Positions 1-9,546 of a stretch of 64,000 bases of DNA are shown one piece after another. The DNA comes from Candidatus Daviesbacteria bacterium (GTDB taxonomy: Bacteria; Patescibacteriota; Microgenomatia; Daviesbacterales; UBA10151): contig JACOXD010000010.1 of assembly GCA_016176465.1 (NCBI GenBank), positions 7,497-71,496 of the forward strand. Direction: 5' to 3'. The notes under the pieces are model-generated. The model searched no databases and had not been told where the DNA came from. It saw only the letters and a program-made list of their open reading frames with translations. How positions within the stretch are numbered: position 1 is the first letter of the stretch; each line of letters starts with the position of its first letter. The translations under genes and the position numbers were made by a program.

Positions 1-228
1 TTTCTTGGAAGTATAGTAAGGGACCTGGGTTTAATTGCTGTTAGAGGAGTTGCGCAAGAAGTTCCACCCACTCCAACTCCGACTACATCTCCTAATGATA
101 ATGCAACTAGGAACTCAGAAGATTTAAGAGAATGGTTGGAGGCGCGCAAATTTCCGCTAGCGATAATGGTTGGGTTGTTAATATCTTGTGGGGTATTTGC
201 TCTTCGTGATCACATTGAGAATCCTTAA
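1..228 (+). CDS. C-terminal fragment of a gene starting upstream of the window; hydrophobic C-terminal segment; product unknown
   Basis: Open frame from position 1 to TAA at 226-228; translation ...REWLEARKFPLAIMVGLLISCGVFALRDHIENP. Confidence 0.4.
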   Translation, partial: FLGSIVRDLGLIAVRGVAQEVPPTPTPTTSPNDNATRNSEDLREWLEARKFPLAIMVGLLISCGVFALRDHIENP

Positions 229-296
229 ATTAATTCTTTAATCTATATGCCTAAAGTTACTCTAGTTGAACCTCAAATGGAAAACTTGTATTCTCT

Positions 297-355
297 GTCA
301 TTCCCGCGGAAGCGGGAATCCATTTAAATAGATTCCGGATCAAGTCCGGAATGAC
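297..355. repeat. Palindromic repeat element: GTCATTCC ... GGAATGAC inverted repeat enclosing two hairpins (TTCCCGC-GGAA-GCGGGAA and CCGGA-TCAAG-TCCGG)
   Basis: Perfect self-complementarity read directly; core related to the in-frame repeats in recX, copA and the reductase gene. Confidence 0.6.
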
Positions 356-376
356 AATATAGACTATAATTCAAGT

Positions 377-1057
377 GTGAAGATTACCCAGGTAGAACCT
401 CAAAAAACCCTTCGATTTCGCTCAGGGCAAGCCCCCAAAAGATTTAATATTTTTTTAGATGGGCAGTTTGCTTTTGGGGCAGATGAAGATTTGGTAGTGG
501 AATATCGTTTATTACCTGGAAAACAGCTTGACAACTCGGAGTTGGAAAGGTTGATTTTTGAGGCTGAGGTTGGAAAATTAATGGAGAGGATGTATGGGCT
601 GTTTAATATAAGACAAAGAAGCGAAAAAGAAATTAGAAACTATTTGAGGAACTTATCTTTTAAAAGAAAAATAAGGACCCGCTTCGCCTCGCGCTCTGAA
701 AATATTATAGCGCTTGCTCGCGGAACCTTGCCTTTTGCTACGCAAAACGTTAAAGAATTTGCTAAAGCTTGGGTGGAGGCAAGGAGAAAATCTAAGAAAA
801 AAGGGAAAATTGCTTTAAAAAGTGAGCTATATCAAAAAGGGATTAGTAGAGAAATAATCGAGGGAGCGTTAAGCGTTAAGGGTGAAGGAGAAAGTGAAGA
901 AGAACTGGCAAAGCAAGCTATAGAGAAAAAGTTAAAAAAATGGACTAGCCTCCCCTATTTGGAAAAAAAGAAAAAGATGTATGAATTTTTAATGAGGAGA
1001 GGATTTGAATACAGTGTTGTTAAGAATGTGGTTGATAATTACCTTAAAAAAGAGTAA
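377..1057 (+). CDS. recX: Regulatory protein RecX
   Basis: GTG start; three-helix-repeat protein with RecX-like pattern (YLRNLSF..., ELYQKGISREIIEGAL, MRRGFEYSVVKNVV); contains an in-frame palindromic insert at ~675-726. Confidence 0.7.
   Translation: MKITQVEPQKTLRFRSGQAPKRFNIFLDGQFAFGADEDLVVEYRLLPGKQLDNSELERLIFEAEVGKLMERMYGLFNIRQRSEKEIRNYLRNLSFKRKIRTRFASRSENIIALARGTLPFATQNVKEFAKAWVEARRKSKKKGKIALKSELYQKGISREIIEGALSVKGEGESEEELAKQAIEKKLKKWTSLPYLEKKKKMYEFLMRRGFEYSVVKNVVDNYLKKE
675..726. repeat. In-frame GC-rich repeat (reverse orientation, CGCTTCGCCTCGCG / CGCTTGCTCGCG) inside recX, encoding ~RTRFASRSENIIALARG
   Basis: Local GC spike in AT-rich gene; motif shared with 51816-51846, 52128-52154 and 56514-56559. 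Confidence 0.5.
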
Positions 1058-1063
1058 AATAAA

Positions 1064-1110
1064 CTCACGTCCGGCATAGCCGGAGGCAAGGTTCTGTGAG
1101 TGCGAAGTAT
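1064..1110. repeat. Intergenic hairpin element (CTCAC-g-TCCGGcataGCCGGA ... GTGAG-tgcgaagt), related to element at 297-355
   Basis: Inverted repeats read directly; contains the TCCGG/CCGGA hairpin module and a GCGAAG core. Confidence 0.4.
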
Positions 1111-1302
1111 AATATTACAAACTGAAGCACGAACAGGTCCTTATAGTAGTCAGAAGTTTGGAAGAAGATATGCAAACTTTTAAGTTTCATTTTTATCTCT
1201 CCCCTAGCTCCGATTAAATAGGAGATCTTCTGATGTCATCTTGAACGATTTGAGTGAAAGATCTGCAAGTTAATTTAGAGATTCTTCGCTAAAACGCTCA
1301 GA

Positions 1303-2718
1303 ATGACAAAAAAGATCATGAAAAAAACATTTGGACCAGCTAAAAATACAGATGAGCAAGTTAATGCTCAACCCTCCGCTATTCCGGTGATCACTGATGC
1401 TGCGCTTAAGGACGTTAGTACGCAAGCTTCGCTTATTACCAAAGAAACAGAGCTAGCTAAAAGAGAAGGGATTTTAGAAGAGAGAGAGCGACAAATTGAG
1501 GAAAAATTAAAAATCCTTGATCAAAAATTAGAGCAAGTAGAAAAAGTAAGAAAAGATTTACTAAGTAAACTTGAAAAATCCTCCAAGATGTCTGCAGAGG
1601 ATGCTCAAAAAATACTTTTAGAAAGTGTTGAAAAAGATTTAGCTTCTGAAATATCTAAAAAAGTAAAAGAAGCAGAGGATCAAATCAAACTCCAAGCTGA
1701 TGAAAAAGTAAGGGAAATTTTAGCAGATTCTATGCTTCATGGAGTCACTGATGTAATCAGCGAATTTACAACCTCAAAAGTCACACTGGAGGATGAAGAA
1801 CTAAAAGGAAGGATTATTGGAAAAGAAGGAAGGAATATCCGTTCTTTTGAACAAGCAACAGGGGTTGACGTAGTTATGGATGATGAATCCCCTAATAATT
1901 TAATTTTATCTTCCTTTGATCCTGTAAGGAGAGAAATTGCTAAGGTATCTTTAGAGAGATTAATTGCTGATGGAAGGATTCAACCCCAAAGAATTGAAGA
2001 GATTGTAGAAAAAACTAAAGAAGATATTGAAAAGTTAATGTTACAAGCTGGAGAGAAACTTTGCCATGATGTTGGAATTTATAACATGCCAGTTGAGTTA
2101 ATGGCGCTACTCGGAAGATTTAAATATAGATACTCATATGGGCAAAATATGATTCAACATACTTTGGAAGAAACCCAAATTGGAGTTGAAATTGCCAGGC
2201 AAATTGGGGCTGATGTTAATGTAGTTAAACTTGGATGCTTGTTGCATGATATTGGAAAAATTTTAACTGATTGGGATGAAGGAACTCACGTTGAAAGAGG
2301 AGTGCAGCTTGCTAAAAAGTTTGGATTCCCGGAAAAAGTTGTTAATTGTATTGCGGAGCATCATGAAGACCAGCCATTTTCTGCAGTTGAATCTATCTGT
2401 GTATATTTGGGAGATGCAATTTCAGGTGGTCGCCCTGGCGCTCGCCATGAAAATGTTCAAGATTACATAAAACGTTTGGAAGATATCGAGCGGATTGCTA
2501 CTTCTTTTGAAGCAGTGGAGAAAGCTTTTGCAGTCCAAGCAGGAAGAGAAGTTAGAGTTGTAGTTTTTCCAGATAAAATCTCAGATGATGAGTTACCAAA
2601 ACTTGTACATGATATTGGTACCCAAATTCAAAAAGAAGTTATGGTTCCTGGTGCTGTTAAAATTACTGCTATTAGAGAAACAAGAGCTTCTGATCAATTC
2701 TTAACTTCAGGTGGGTAA
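1303..2718 (+). CDS. rny: Ribonuclease Y (KH domain + HD domain)
   Basis: KH motif GRIIGKEGRNIRSFEQATGVDV; HD motif LLHDIGK...HH; typical RNase Y C-terminus; no obvious N-terminal TM helix. Confidence 0.9.
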   Translation: MTKKIMKKTFGPAKNTDEQVNAQPSAIPVITDAALKDVSTQASLITKETELAKREGILEERERQIEEKLKILDQKLEQVEKVRKDLLSKLEKSSKMSAEDAQKILLESVEKDLASEISKKVKEAEDQIKLQADEKVREILADSMLHGVTDVISEFTTSKVTLEDEELKGRIIGKEGRNIRSFEQATGVDVVMDDESPNNLILSSFDPVRREIAKVSLERLIADGRIQPQRIEEIVEKTKEDIEKLMLQAGEKLCHDVGIYNMPVELMALLGRFKYRYSYGQNMIQHTLEETQIGVEIARQIGADVNVVKLGCLLHDIGKILTDWDEGTHVERGVQLAKKFGFPEKVVNCIAEHHEDQPFSAVESICVYLGDAISGGRPGARHENVQDYIKRLEDIERIATSFEAVEKAFAVQAGREVRVVVFPDKISDDELPKLVHDIGTQIQKEVMVPGAVKITAIRETRASDQFLTSGG

Positions 2719-3271
2719 AATGGAACCCAAGATTGTTTTTCAAGGACAAACAAAAACCGGTAAAAAAGTAATCATCCGCTACCCTACCATGGATGATCTT
2801 TTACCAATGCTTAATTTTATAAATACTATTTCTGTTGAACAAACTTTTGTACGGCCTCAAGGTGAACAATTCACACTAGAACAAGAAGAAGATTATTTAA
2901 AAGATCAGCTGGAAAAAATTGAAGCCAAAAAAGTTGTTAAATTAATAGCTTTTATTGATGGTAAATTTGTTGGGACAGCTGATATTTTTATGAAAGCTCA
3001 AGTTGAATCTCATGTAGGGGTATTTGGGATAATAGTAGCTAATGGATATAGAAGCGAAGGTATTGGAAGGCTGTTAATGGAGAATGTAATTAAAGAATCC
3101 CTTAAAGAGATGCCCCAGCTTAGAATAGTTGAGTTATCTGTATTTGCCAATAATCCGCTAGCGCTAGATTTTTATAAAAAGATGGGTTTTATAGAGTTTG
3201 GCAGATTACCTGAGGGTGTCTTGCACAGAGGCCAATATGTAGACCATATCTATATGTATAAAAAACTCTAG
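2711..3271 (+). CDS. GNAT family N-acetyltransferase
   Basis: Acetyl-CoA binding pattern RSEGIGRLLM, LALDFYKKMGF. Confidence 0.75.
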   Translation: MGKMEPKIVFQGQTKTGKKVIIRYPTMDDLLPMLNFINTISVEQTFVRPQGEQFTLEQEEDYLKDQLEKIEAKKVVKLIAFIDGKFVGTADIFMKAQVESHVGVFGIIVANGYRSEGIGRLLMENVIKESLKEMPQLRIVELSVFANNPLALDFYKKMGFIEFGRLPEGVLHRGQYVDHIYMYKKL

Positions 3272-3324
3272 AATAGTCTCTTTACAAACGCCTAAACATT
3301 TGTTATCTTTTTGCCACACTAATT

Positions 3325-3597
3325 ATGACCAAGAATCAGCTTATTGAAAAAGTAGCTAAAAAATCCCATTTGACCAAAAGAGCTGCACAGGATGCAGTTA
3401 ATGCTGTTTTTGATTTAATCAGAGATAATCTGCAAAGGGGAGAAAAAACAATTATCACTGGATTTGGTACTTTTTTAGTTAGATCTCGTGCAGCTAGGAG
3501 GGGCAGAAATCCTCAAACAGGTGAGGCTATTCAAATCCCCAGTAAAAAACTCCCTGGTTTTACTGCAGGTAAAACTATCAAAAGACAAGTGAGATAA
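3325..3597 (+). CDS. hup: DNA-binding protein HU
   Basis: 90 aa; MTKNQLIEKVA...GFGTF..RAARRGRNPQTGEAIQIP signature of HU/IHF family. Confidence 0.9.
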   Translation: MTKNQLIEKVAKKSHLTKRAAQDAVNAVFDLIRDNLQRGEKTIITGFGTFLVRSRAARRGRNPQTGEAIQIPSKKLPGFTAGKTIKRQVR

Positions 3598-3609
3598 TTT
3601 TTGTAAGTT

Positions 3610-5091
3610 GTGACAAGATCGAACAAATATCTCCTACTAATTCTCATTACTTTACTAGCAGCGCTACTTCGTTTAAACAACTTTCAATACGAATATGGTT
3701 TCTACGGCGATCAAGGACAGGATTTATTAGCAATTAATGATTGGATTAGAACTAATCAGGTTCCACTTCGGGGAATACTTACAAGTATCGGAAGTTTTTA
3801 TAATGGGCCAATCTATTACTACTTGATTTTTCCCCTAGTAATTTTTTTTGACGGTGATCCAATTGCGCCAGTAATTCTTTTTTTGATTGCAGGAATTCTC
3901 ACTACCCCCTTGGTATTTTACATGGTTGAAAAGTATGTTGATTCCTGGACTGCATTTATTAGCTCGGTACTTATTGCTCTCTCCTCTCATACAATCTTTA
4001 TATCTAAAGGAGCTTATGCACCTAACCTGCAAGTTTTTATATTTATTCTAATGTTTTATTTTTTCTTAAATTTTATTAAAACTGATAAAGCATTAAGTTT
4101 ATTCCTAGGATATCTGGTTATAGGAGTTGGTGTACAGTTTCACTATACGTTTTTTGCAAACCTATTTAGTTTTAGTTTGTTGCTTTTAATTTTAAAAAGA
4201 AAGAAAATAGTTTCAGCTAGGATGATACTATGTGCGATTGGAGGATTTTTACTAACCTTACTCCCTTTTATACTGGGCCAGTTTTTTTATAACTTCGCAG
4301 ATTTCAAAGGTATGGCATCATATATCATAAACGGAAATGATCAATCAAGAATAATAACCTTTCAGAGCATTACAGATAGGTTGGTTTTCCCATTTTTAAT
4401 TTATTTTAGAGTTGAACTAGTTCCTTGGTTTCTAACCTATTTTTTAAAACCAATTTTTTTACTCATCTTAATATTATGTTTTGTTATTGGTTTTACAAAA
4501 AACAGACTAGCGTCTTTTACAAAAGTTGTTTTATTTATTTTTTTTGCGAGTTTAACTTTGGTAGTTGTAGGTAATTTAAATTTTTGGTGGTGGTATAACG
4601 ATTTCTATTCTCTTACATCAATTTTTATGCTAGCGATTGTCTGTTCATACCTTATTCAATATGGCAAATTAAAATTCCTTGGATTATTTATATTTTCTGT
4701 TTTAATATTTTGGGAAATCGTGGGACTACCCTTTGCATACGGAATTTTAAGATCACCTCAGATAGCAAAGGAGATAGCCAGTATAATTAAAGCAGACATT
4801 GCTAAAAATAAAGATAAAGAAAGTTACGGTATCCTGGCGTTAAATCCAATTGCTCCATCCCAAGGTTTTGAATATAGATATTTGCTTGAAAAAGATGGTT
4901 ACCGTACAAGAAATGCTGTGGATTTAGCGGATGCAGATTATGTGATTGTAGAGGGTAAGGAAAGTAGAGGCATTAAAATAGATACTAAGTTAAAGATTAA
5001 TAAAATAAATACTTTAAACTTTAATGATAAAAGTCTTTTAATTAAATACGGCGAAATTTATAAAGTAGAAAGAAATCAAGAAACCCAGTAG
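3610..5091 (+). CDS. GT-C fold glycosyltransferase, ArnT/PMT_2-like (family 39/83) polytopic membrane protein
   Basis: GTG start; >10 predicted TM helices; N-terminal loop motif YGDQGQD...; architecture of dolichyl/undecaprenyl-phosphate-sugar dependent transferases. Confidence 0.6.
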   Translation: MTRSNKYLLLILITLLAALLRLNNFQYEYGFYGDQGQDLLAINDWIRTNQVPLRGILTSIGSFYNGPIYYYLIFPLVIFFDGDPIAPVILFLIAGILTTPLVFYMVEKYVDSWTAFISSVLIALSSHTIFISKGAYAPNLQVFIFILMFYFFLNFIKTDKALSLFLGYLVIGVGVQFHYTFFANLFSFSLLLLILKRKKIVSARMILCAIGGFLLTLLPFILGQFFYNFADFKGMASYIINGNDQSRIITFQSITDRLVFPFLIYFRVELVPWFLTYFLKPIFLLILILCFVIGFTKNRLASFTKVVLFIFFASLTLVVVGNLNFWWWYNDFYSLTSIFMLAIVCSYLIQYGKLKFLGLFIFSVLIFWEIVGLPFAYGILRSPQIAKEIASIIKADIAKNKDKESYGILALNPIAPSQGFEYRYLLEKDGYRTRNAVDLADADYVIVEGKESRGIKIDTKLKINKINTLNFNDKSLLIKYGEIYKVERNQETQ

Positions 5092-6455
5092 TGGTTAAAA
5101 TACATAACGGCAAGTAGACTCATTAATGTTAAAAAAATAAAAGTTCCTATCTTTTGCAAATATTCATTTCTGATCATTCCAAAAATAATAAATAAGGGAA
5201 AAATAACTAGGGCATATCTATGAATTGCGATAAGGGTCCCTGAGAATAAGGGTAAGCTAAATGCAAGCAAATAAAAAATACTGTAGGAGTATCTTAATTT
5301 ATAAGTAGAAAATAAAAGACCAACTAGCAATATACTAAATGAAAAAAATTCTATAATAGAGTGGGCAGTCCAAGGTATAGTAAATATGTTTTTGGCAATT
5401 AAAAAATTAAAGTAAGATATTGGAGCCTCCCAAGGAAGAGATAATTTTCGATGCCAGTTCTCCTCGTTTGTTAAAAAACTAAATGGAGCATTAAATTCTA
5501 GGTGCATAAAGAAAAGATAACCTAAAAAAGGGATTATAGAAACTAAAATAAGGATTAAAGCTTTAGATAATACTGTATTAAAAATTAAATTATTTAGGAT
5601 AAATTCTAAAACAACCAAAGCTAAAATAGCTCCAGCGATGGGGAGAAGAAATGGTACGTAAATATCCATTGCTCCAACAATTGGCCAAAGTTTTAAGTTA
5701 ATAAATATTGTTTGAAGAGATTTTACAAAAAAGGTAAATATTAGAAAGTAGAGGAAAAATCTTCTTAATTTAGTTGAAAACAAGTATTTTAAACTAAATG
5801 GATGAGGATTTTTTAATAAATACTCCGCTAAAATCGCTATGATTACTGCGATGCCGATTAATCGGGTAACTGCTGCCAATCCAGCCAGAAAAAAGGCTAG
5901 CAACCATCTTTTGCTAGATTGGTTAGAGTTTAATCCAAGCTTTGCGGTTCTGGAAAAATAAAAAGCAGAGATTGTTAAAAATAAAAACAATGGTTCAGAA
6001 TAAACGGCACCTAAATAAAAACTGGTAGGAAAAATCAAAAGTGCAAAAATTGCTCTTTTGGCGATTGTTTGGTCAAAATCAATTAGGATGAGTTTATATA
6101 AGAAAAAAAGAGCAATTATTGTTGATAAGTTAGTAATAAGCAGACCTCCCCACAGGGAGGGAATTCCAAGGTGCATTAGGATATTTATTAGTAAAGGGAG
6201 TAAGGGGAAGAAAACTGTTTGGACGCTTTTATATCCTGCTTCGGCAATTCCTCTAAAATGTCCTCCGTCCCAGTTTGCCCAATGATTTAAGTATCTGACC
6301 TCTATGCTTGGAGTACCGTTCCCTTCATTTAAAAAATCAGGAAATTTATTAGGTAAAAGACTTACTCCAATAAAGGTAAGAAAAAGCAGTGCTACCCGCC
6401 ACCCAAGAAATATCAAAACTACATATTTTAAAATTCCAAGATTTTCTTTTGACAA
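5076..6455 (-). CDS. Polytopic integral membrane protein, putative GT-C glycosyltransferase (GT87/DUF2029-like)
   Basis: ~12 hydrophobic segments, conserved loop W..GGHF.GIAEAGY; convergent overlap with 3610-5091. Confidence 0.45.
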   Translation of the reverse strand: MSKENLGILKYVVLIFLGWRVALLFLTFIGVSLLPNKFPDFLNEGNGTPSIEVRYLNHWANWDGGHFRGIAEAGYKSVQTVFFPLLPLLINILMHLGIPSLWGGLLITNLSTIIALFFLYKLILIDFDQTIAKRAIFALLIFPTSFYLGAVYSEPLFLFLTISAFYFSRTAKLGLNSNQSSKRWLLAFFLAGLAAVTRLIGIAVIIAILAEYLLKNPHPFSLKYLFSTKLRRFFLYFLIFTFFVKSLQTIFINLKLWPIVGAMDIYVPFLLPIAGAILALVVLEFILNNLIFNTVLSKALILILVSIIPFLGYLFFMHLEFNAPFSFLTNEENWHRKLSLPWEAPISYFNFLIAKNIFTIPWTAHSIIEFFSFSILLVGLLFSTYKLRYSYSIFYLLAFSLPLFSGTLIAIHRYALVIFPLFIIFGMIRNEYLQKIGTFIFLTLMSLLAVMYFNHYWVS

Positions 6456-6481
6456 CTTAAGAAGGATTATATATTAAAATT

Positions 6482-7015
6482 TTATGGAGTATACTTAAAA
6501 GATTTTGCAATTTGATCAAGATCATCATAGAGCTCTTTAGAGGAGGTAGAGAGTTTATAGACAAAATTGTCAGAATATATAAAATAAATCTTCTCACCAG
6601 TGGGAGAGACATCTGTAGACTTGTAAATACGCACAGAACTTTGATACTTATTGATTTTAATTTCTTTCTTTTCTAAAACTTCTAATTTGGTTACTTTATC
6701 AAAATTGTCTAAATAGCTGACAAGATCATTAAATTGTGTCCCGTTCCTATTTACATATATTTTTCCGTCCGGTGAAGTAAGTATTAATCTAGAAGTTTCC
6801 TCTTTCATATTAAATTCTGGGGGAACATCTAGCTGGAGTTTCAGATTTGAGGAAGAAAATAAATCATGCTTCTGAGTGGAGTTATTTAGAGAACTACTTG
6901 TGCTTCCATTTAATGTTTGGCTATCTTCTTTTTTGTTAAGTAAATTTTGCTTACTATAAACACTTAATAATCCAAAAAGGAAGATTATCCCGATAATTAT
7001 AAAAATAAATTTCAT
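6482..7015 (-). CDS. Hypothetical membrane-anchored secreted protein
   Basis: N-terminal TM/signal anchor MKFIFIIIGIIFLFGLL; Ser/Asn-rich linker. Confidence 0.4.
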   Translation of the reverse strand: MKFIFIIIGIIFLFGLLSVYSKQNLLNKKEDSQTLNGSTSSSLNNSTQKHDLFSSSNLKLQLDVPPEFNMKEETSRLILTSPDGKIYVNRNGTQFNDLVSYLDNFDKVTKLEVLEKKEIKINKYQSSVRIYKSTDVSPTGEKIYFIYSDNFVYKLSTSSKELYDDLDQIAKSFKYTP

Positions 7016-7088
7016 TACGAGTAACTATATTTAAGTGTACCTTTTTCTTTAAAAAACATATAATATTTTTATTCCAAAGTAATTACCT

Positions 7089-9432
7089 TTATTCTGTATG
7101 ATCATGAGGAACAATAATAGGTATTTCCTCAATATTTTCATTTCCCGCCAAATCTCTTGCTATCAATCTTATTATATACACCCTACCATCTTTATCACCA
7201 CCTTTTCTTTTTGCTGGTAGTTGAATGATATCTTGGAAGTTGGTTGCTACTATTTTAGTTGAATCGAATTCGTGGTACTCATCGTCAATCTCCAAAGTTG
7301 TGCTATCAAAATGTTGATCATTACTACTCCCTGTTATATTAATATCTGCCATCTCTCCTGAGGGTGGCCAGAGGATTTTAGGGTTTGCATCTAAAGAAGC
7401 TTCAGGTTGAGTTTTATCAATGTTAAACTCTATTGTTTTCACTTCTTCTAAATTCTCATCGTTATCAACAGAGTAAAATTCAACTCTATGATTGCCCTCA
7501 TTACTAAAAACCAGCGGTGGGCTATATCTTTCCCAATCACCACCTTCTACTTTGAACAAAGTGTAATCTACCCCTAAGCCACTATCATTAGATTCTAAGA
7601 GCACTTCTACATCAGACCTAAACCAGTTTTCCTGACCTTTTTCTCCTTTTAATTTGGCTGTAGTAGTTGGTGCTTCAGTATCTATTCTTTCAGCCAATAA
7701 AGCAAAATAGCTAAAGTGATTTAAATTGGCAACTGCAGTTTTATTATTTAAATTAACAGTGGTTTGCTCTTTAACCCAATTTTTTCCATCTGGGCTGGAA
7801 TATATAGAAATTGTATTTGGGTCAATATTAGAAATATCTTGATTATTAAAGTTGACAGTTAGAGTATAGATACTATTAAACTGATCAACTATATTACCAA
7901 AGCCATTTAATGCGCTCGCAAATAAAGAAGTTCCTATGGAGATGAGATTGTTAGAAGTCTTAGTTGTGGGAGCAGATTCCAATTTTATATCTAAATCATC
8001 ATTTGTCGCCCCTGAGGGAAAATTTAAGTTAAATTTTTCTAAGTTAAAAACCCCACCGTTACTAGTTAACTTGCTATTAAGATTATCTATTTGTTTTTTC
8101 CATAAATAATAGCTTTTAGATCCAGACCTATTTTTGCCTCCGTAGGAAAAAGTATAATTTTCCCATGGGTCGAGTTCGCTGCTTTGCCAGCCAAAAGGAT
8201 CTATTACTCCATCAGGTAAATTATTTTCAAAATCGCCATCACCATCTTTATCATAAACAACCATAAAATGGATATGAGCACCTGTAGATTTACCAGTACT
8301 GCCAGTTAATCCAATCTGTTCCCCTGCCTTTACATCAACATTATCGTTGGGATCACTAATGATAAGTTCTTTTGCTAATAGGTGGTAATATCGAGTTTGG
8401 AAACCGTTACCGTGATCTATTAAAATGGTATTGCCGCAAGCACCACAAGAATTCGTAAAACTTGCTTTTCCATCAGCTGCTGCTAAAACTGGGGTTTCTA
8501 GCGTTACTTTTGCAGGCTTGCCATAATCATAGCCATCATGTGAGGAATAGTCATCAGTAGATCTTGGTGGTCCCAAATAGCTAATTACAGAATTGCTTGA
8601 ACCTGATGGTTCTCCCAACCCACTACTTAGTAATGGATACTCATGGTCAAAAAAAGAATTAATTGATAAAGCAGCATCAGTAAAGGTAAGACCGCTAGAT
8701 TGATAATCCCAAGGTAGTTCTAAGAAAGGCTGAGGAGGAATATCTTTTACTCTAATATAATCTACAATAAAATTTGTCCAATCTGGTAGAGGAGGACCAA
8801 AATAGTCTGGATTTCCCATCCAAATGTATTGAACTTGTTCTGGAATTGGAAGGGAGGTATGAATTAATATATTATCAAGATAAATTCTATATATTATCAA
8901 GATAAATTCTATAAATTTGTTTATCCCTTTCAATTTTTAGTATATGGTCATTTGTATTTGTGGGACTTGTGTAAATACTACTCCCATTAAAATCTATTCT
9001 CATATTTGGACCGACAGATAGATCCTGCCAAACATTTATAGTTAGTAAAAGATCCACAGCTTCCCCATTTTTTGGTTCTTTTTCTGAAAGACCAATTCCA
9101 GTTCCCCAGTATGTAACTTTGGTATATCTAAATTTAATTTCAGCTTCAAAGTTAGAATTTGGCAAAGCATTCTTTGATACAGCTAGGGGGAATTTTGAAG
9201 TATTAAATTTCTGGGTAAAAAGTACAACCCCATTTGACTCTCTAATGGTGAAATTAAAAGGTTCATTATTTGGATAGACAGTCCACTTATTATTATCCAG
9301 GGTATTTACTGCTCTCTCAGTATTAAACTCATCGTTAAAATAATATTCCTGAGCAAAAACTTTTTTGGGCAATAGGATAACTAAAAATGAAGATAAAAAA
9401 ACAATCCAGATAAATTGTCTAATTCTGGGCAA
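7089..9432 (-). pseudogene. Secreted M23 (LytM-type) metallopeptidase with N-terminal GH16/ConA-like lectin domain and C-terminal Ig-like domains, split into two ORFs (8887-9432 and 7089-8933) by a 22-bp tandem duplication
   Basis: Signal peptide in 5' ORF; DEFN..W GH16-like motif; M23 motifs IDHGNGFQTRYYHL and GAHIHF in 3' ORF; both ORFs share YRIYLDNI encoded by the duplicated 22-mer; removing one copy restores one ~780-aa frame. Confidence 0.65.
8869..8912. repeat. Perfect 22-bp tandem duplication (ATATTATCAAGATAAATTCTAT x2) causing the frameshift in the M23 peptidase gene
   Basis: Read directly; 22 is not a multiple of 3. Confidence 0.9.
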
Positions 9433-9546
9433 TTTAATTTAATCTTCTATCCAAATAAACCTAAAGTCAATATAATTACTTTTGGTTTTGGAATTTTTCA
9501 CTGAAGCACTATACATCAGCCAGCTCTTAGTATTAAAATTTAGCTT

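Noticed and set aside
2276-2470. 64-aa ORF inside rny (and similar short ORFs at 3835-4032, 6058-6285, 11285-11476, 16072-16260, 16470-16676, 17303-17754, 21470-21682, 24287-24570, 25096-25472, 25695-25952, 27426-27635, 29605-29961, 32019-32228, 32483-32929, 33251-33448, 34736-34936, 35288-35482, 35685-35915, 36515-36748, 38158-38391, 40244-40426, 44753-45115, 45564-45785, 46415-46738, 46929-47210, 50266-50469, 50905-51153, 51478-51846, 54025-54213, 54601-54864, 55269-55562, 55666-56151, 56720-56935, 60768-60962, 62087-62386, 62609-62836, 63206-63616)
   Set aside because: Fully nested in, or antisense to, well-supported longer genes with clear homology. They have atypical composition and no RBS.
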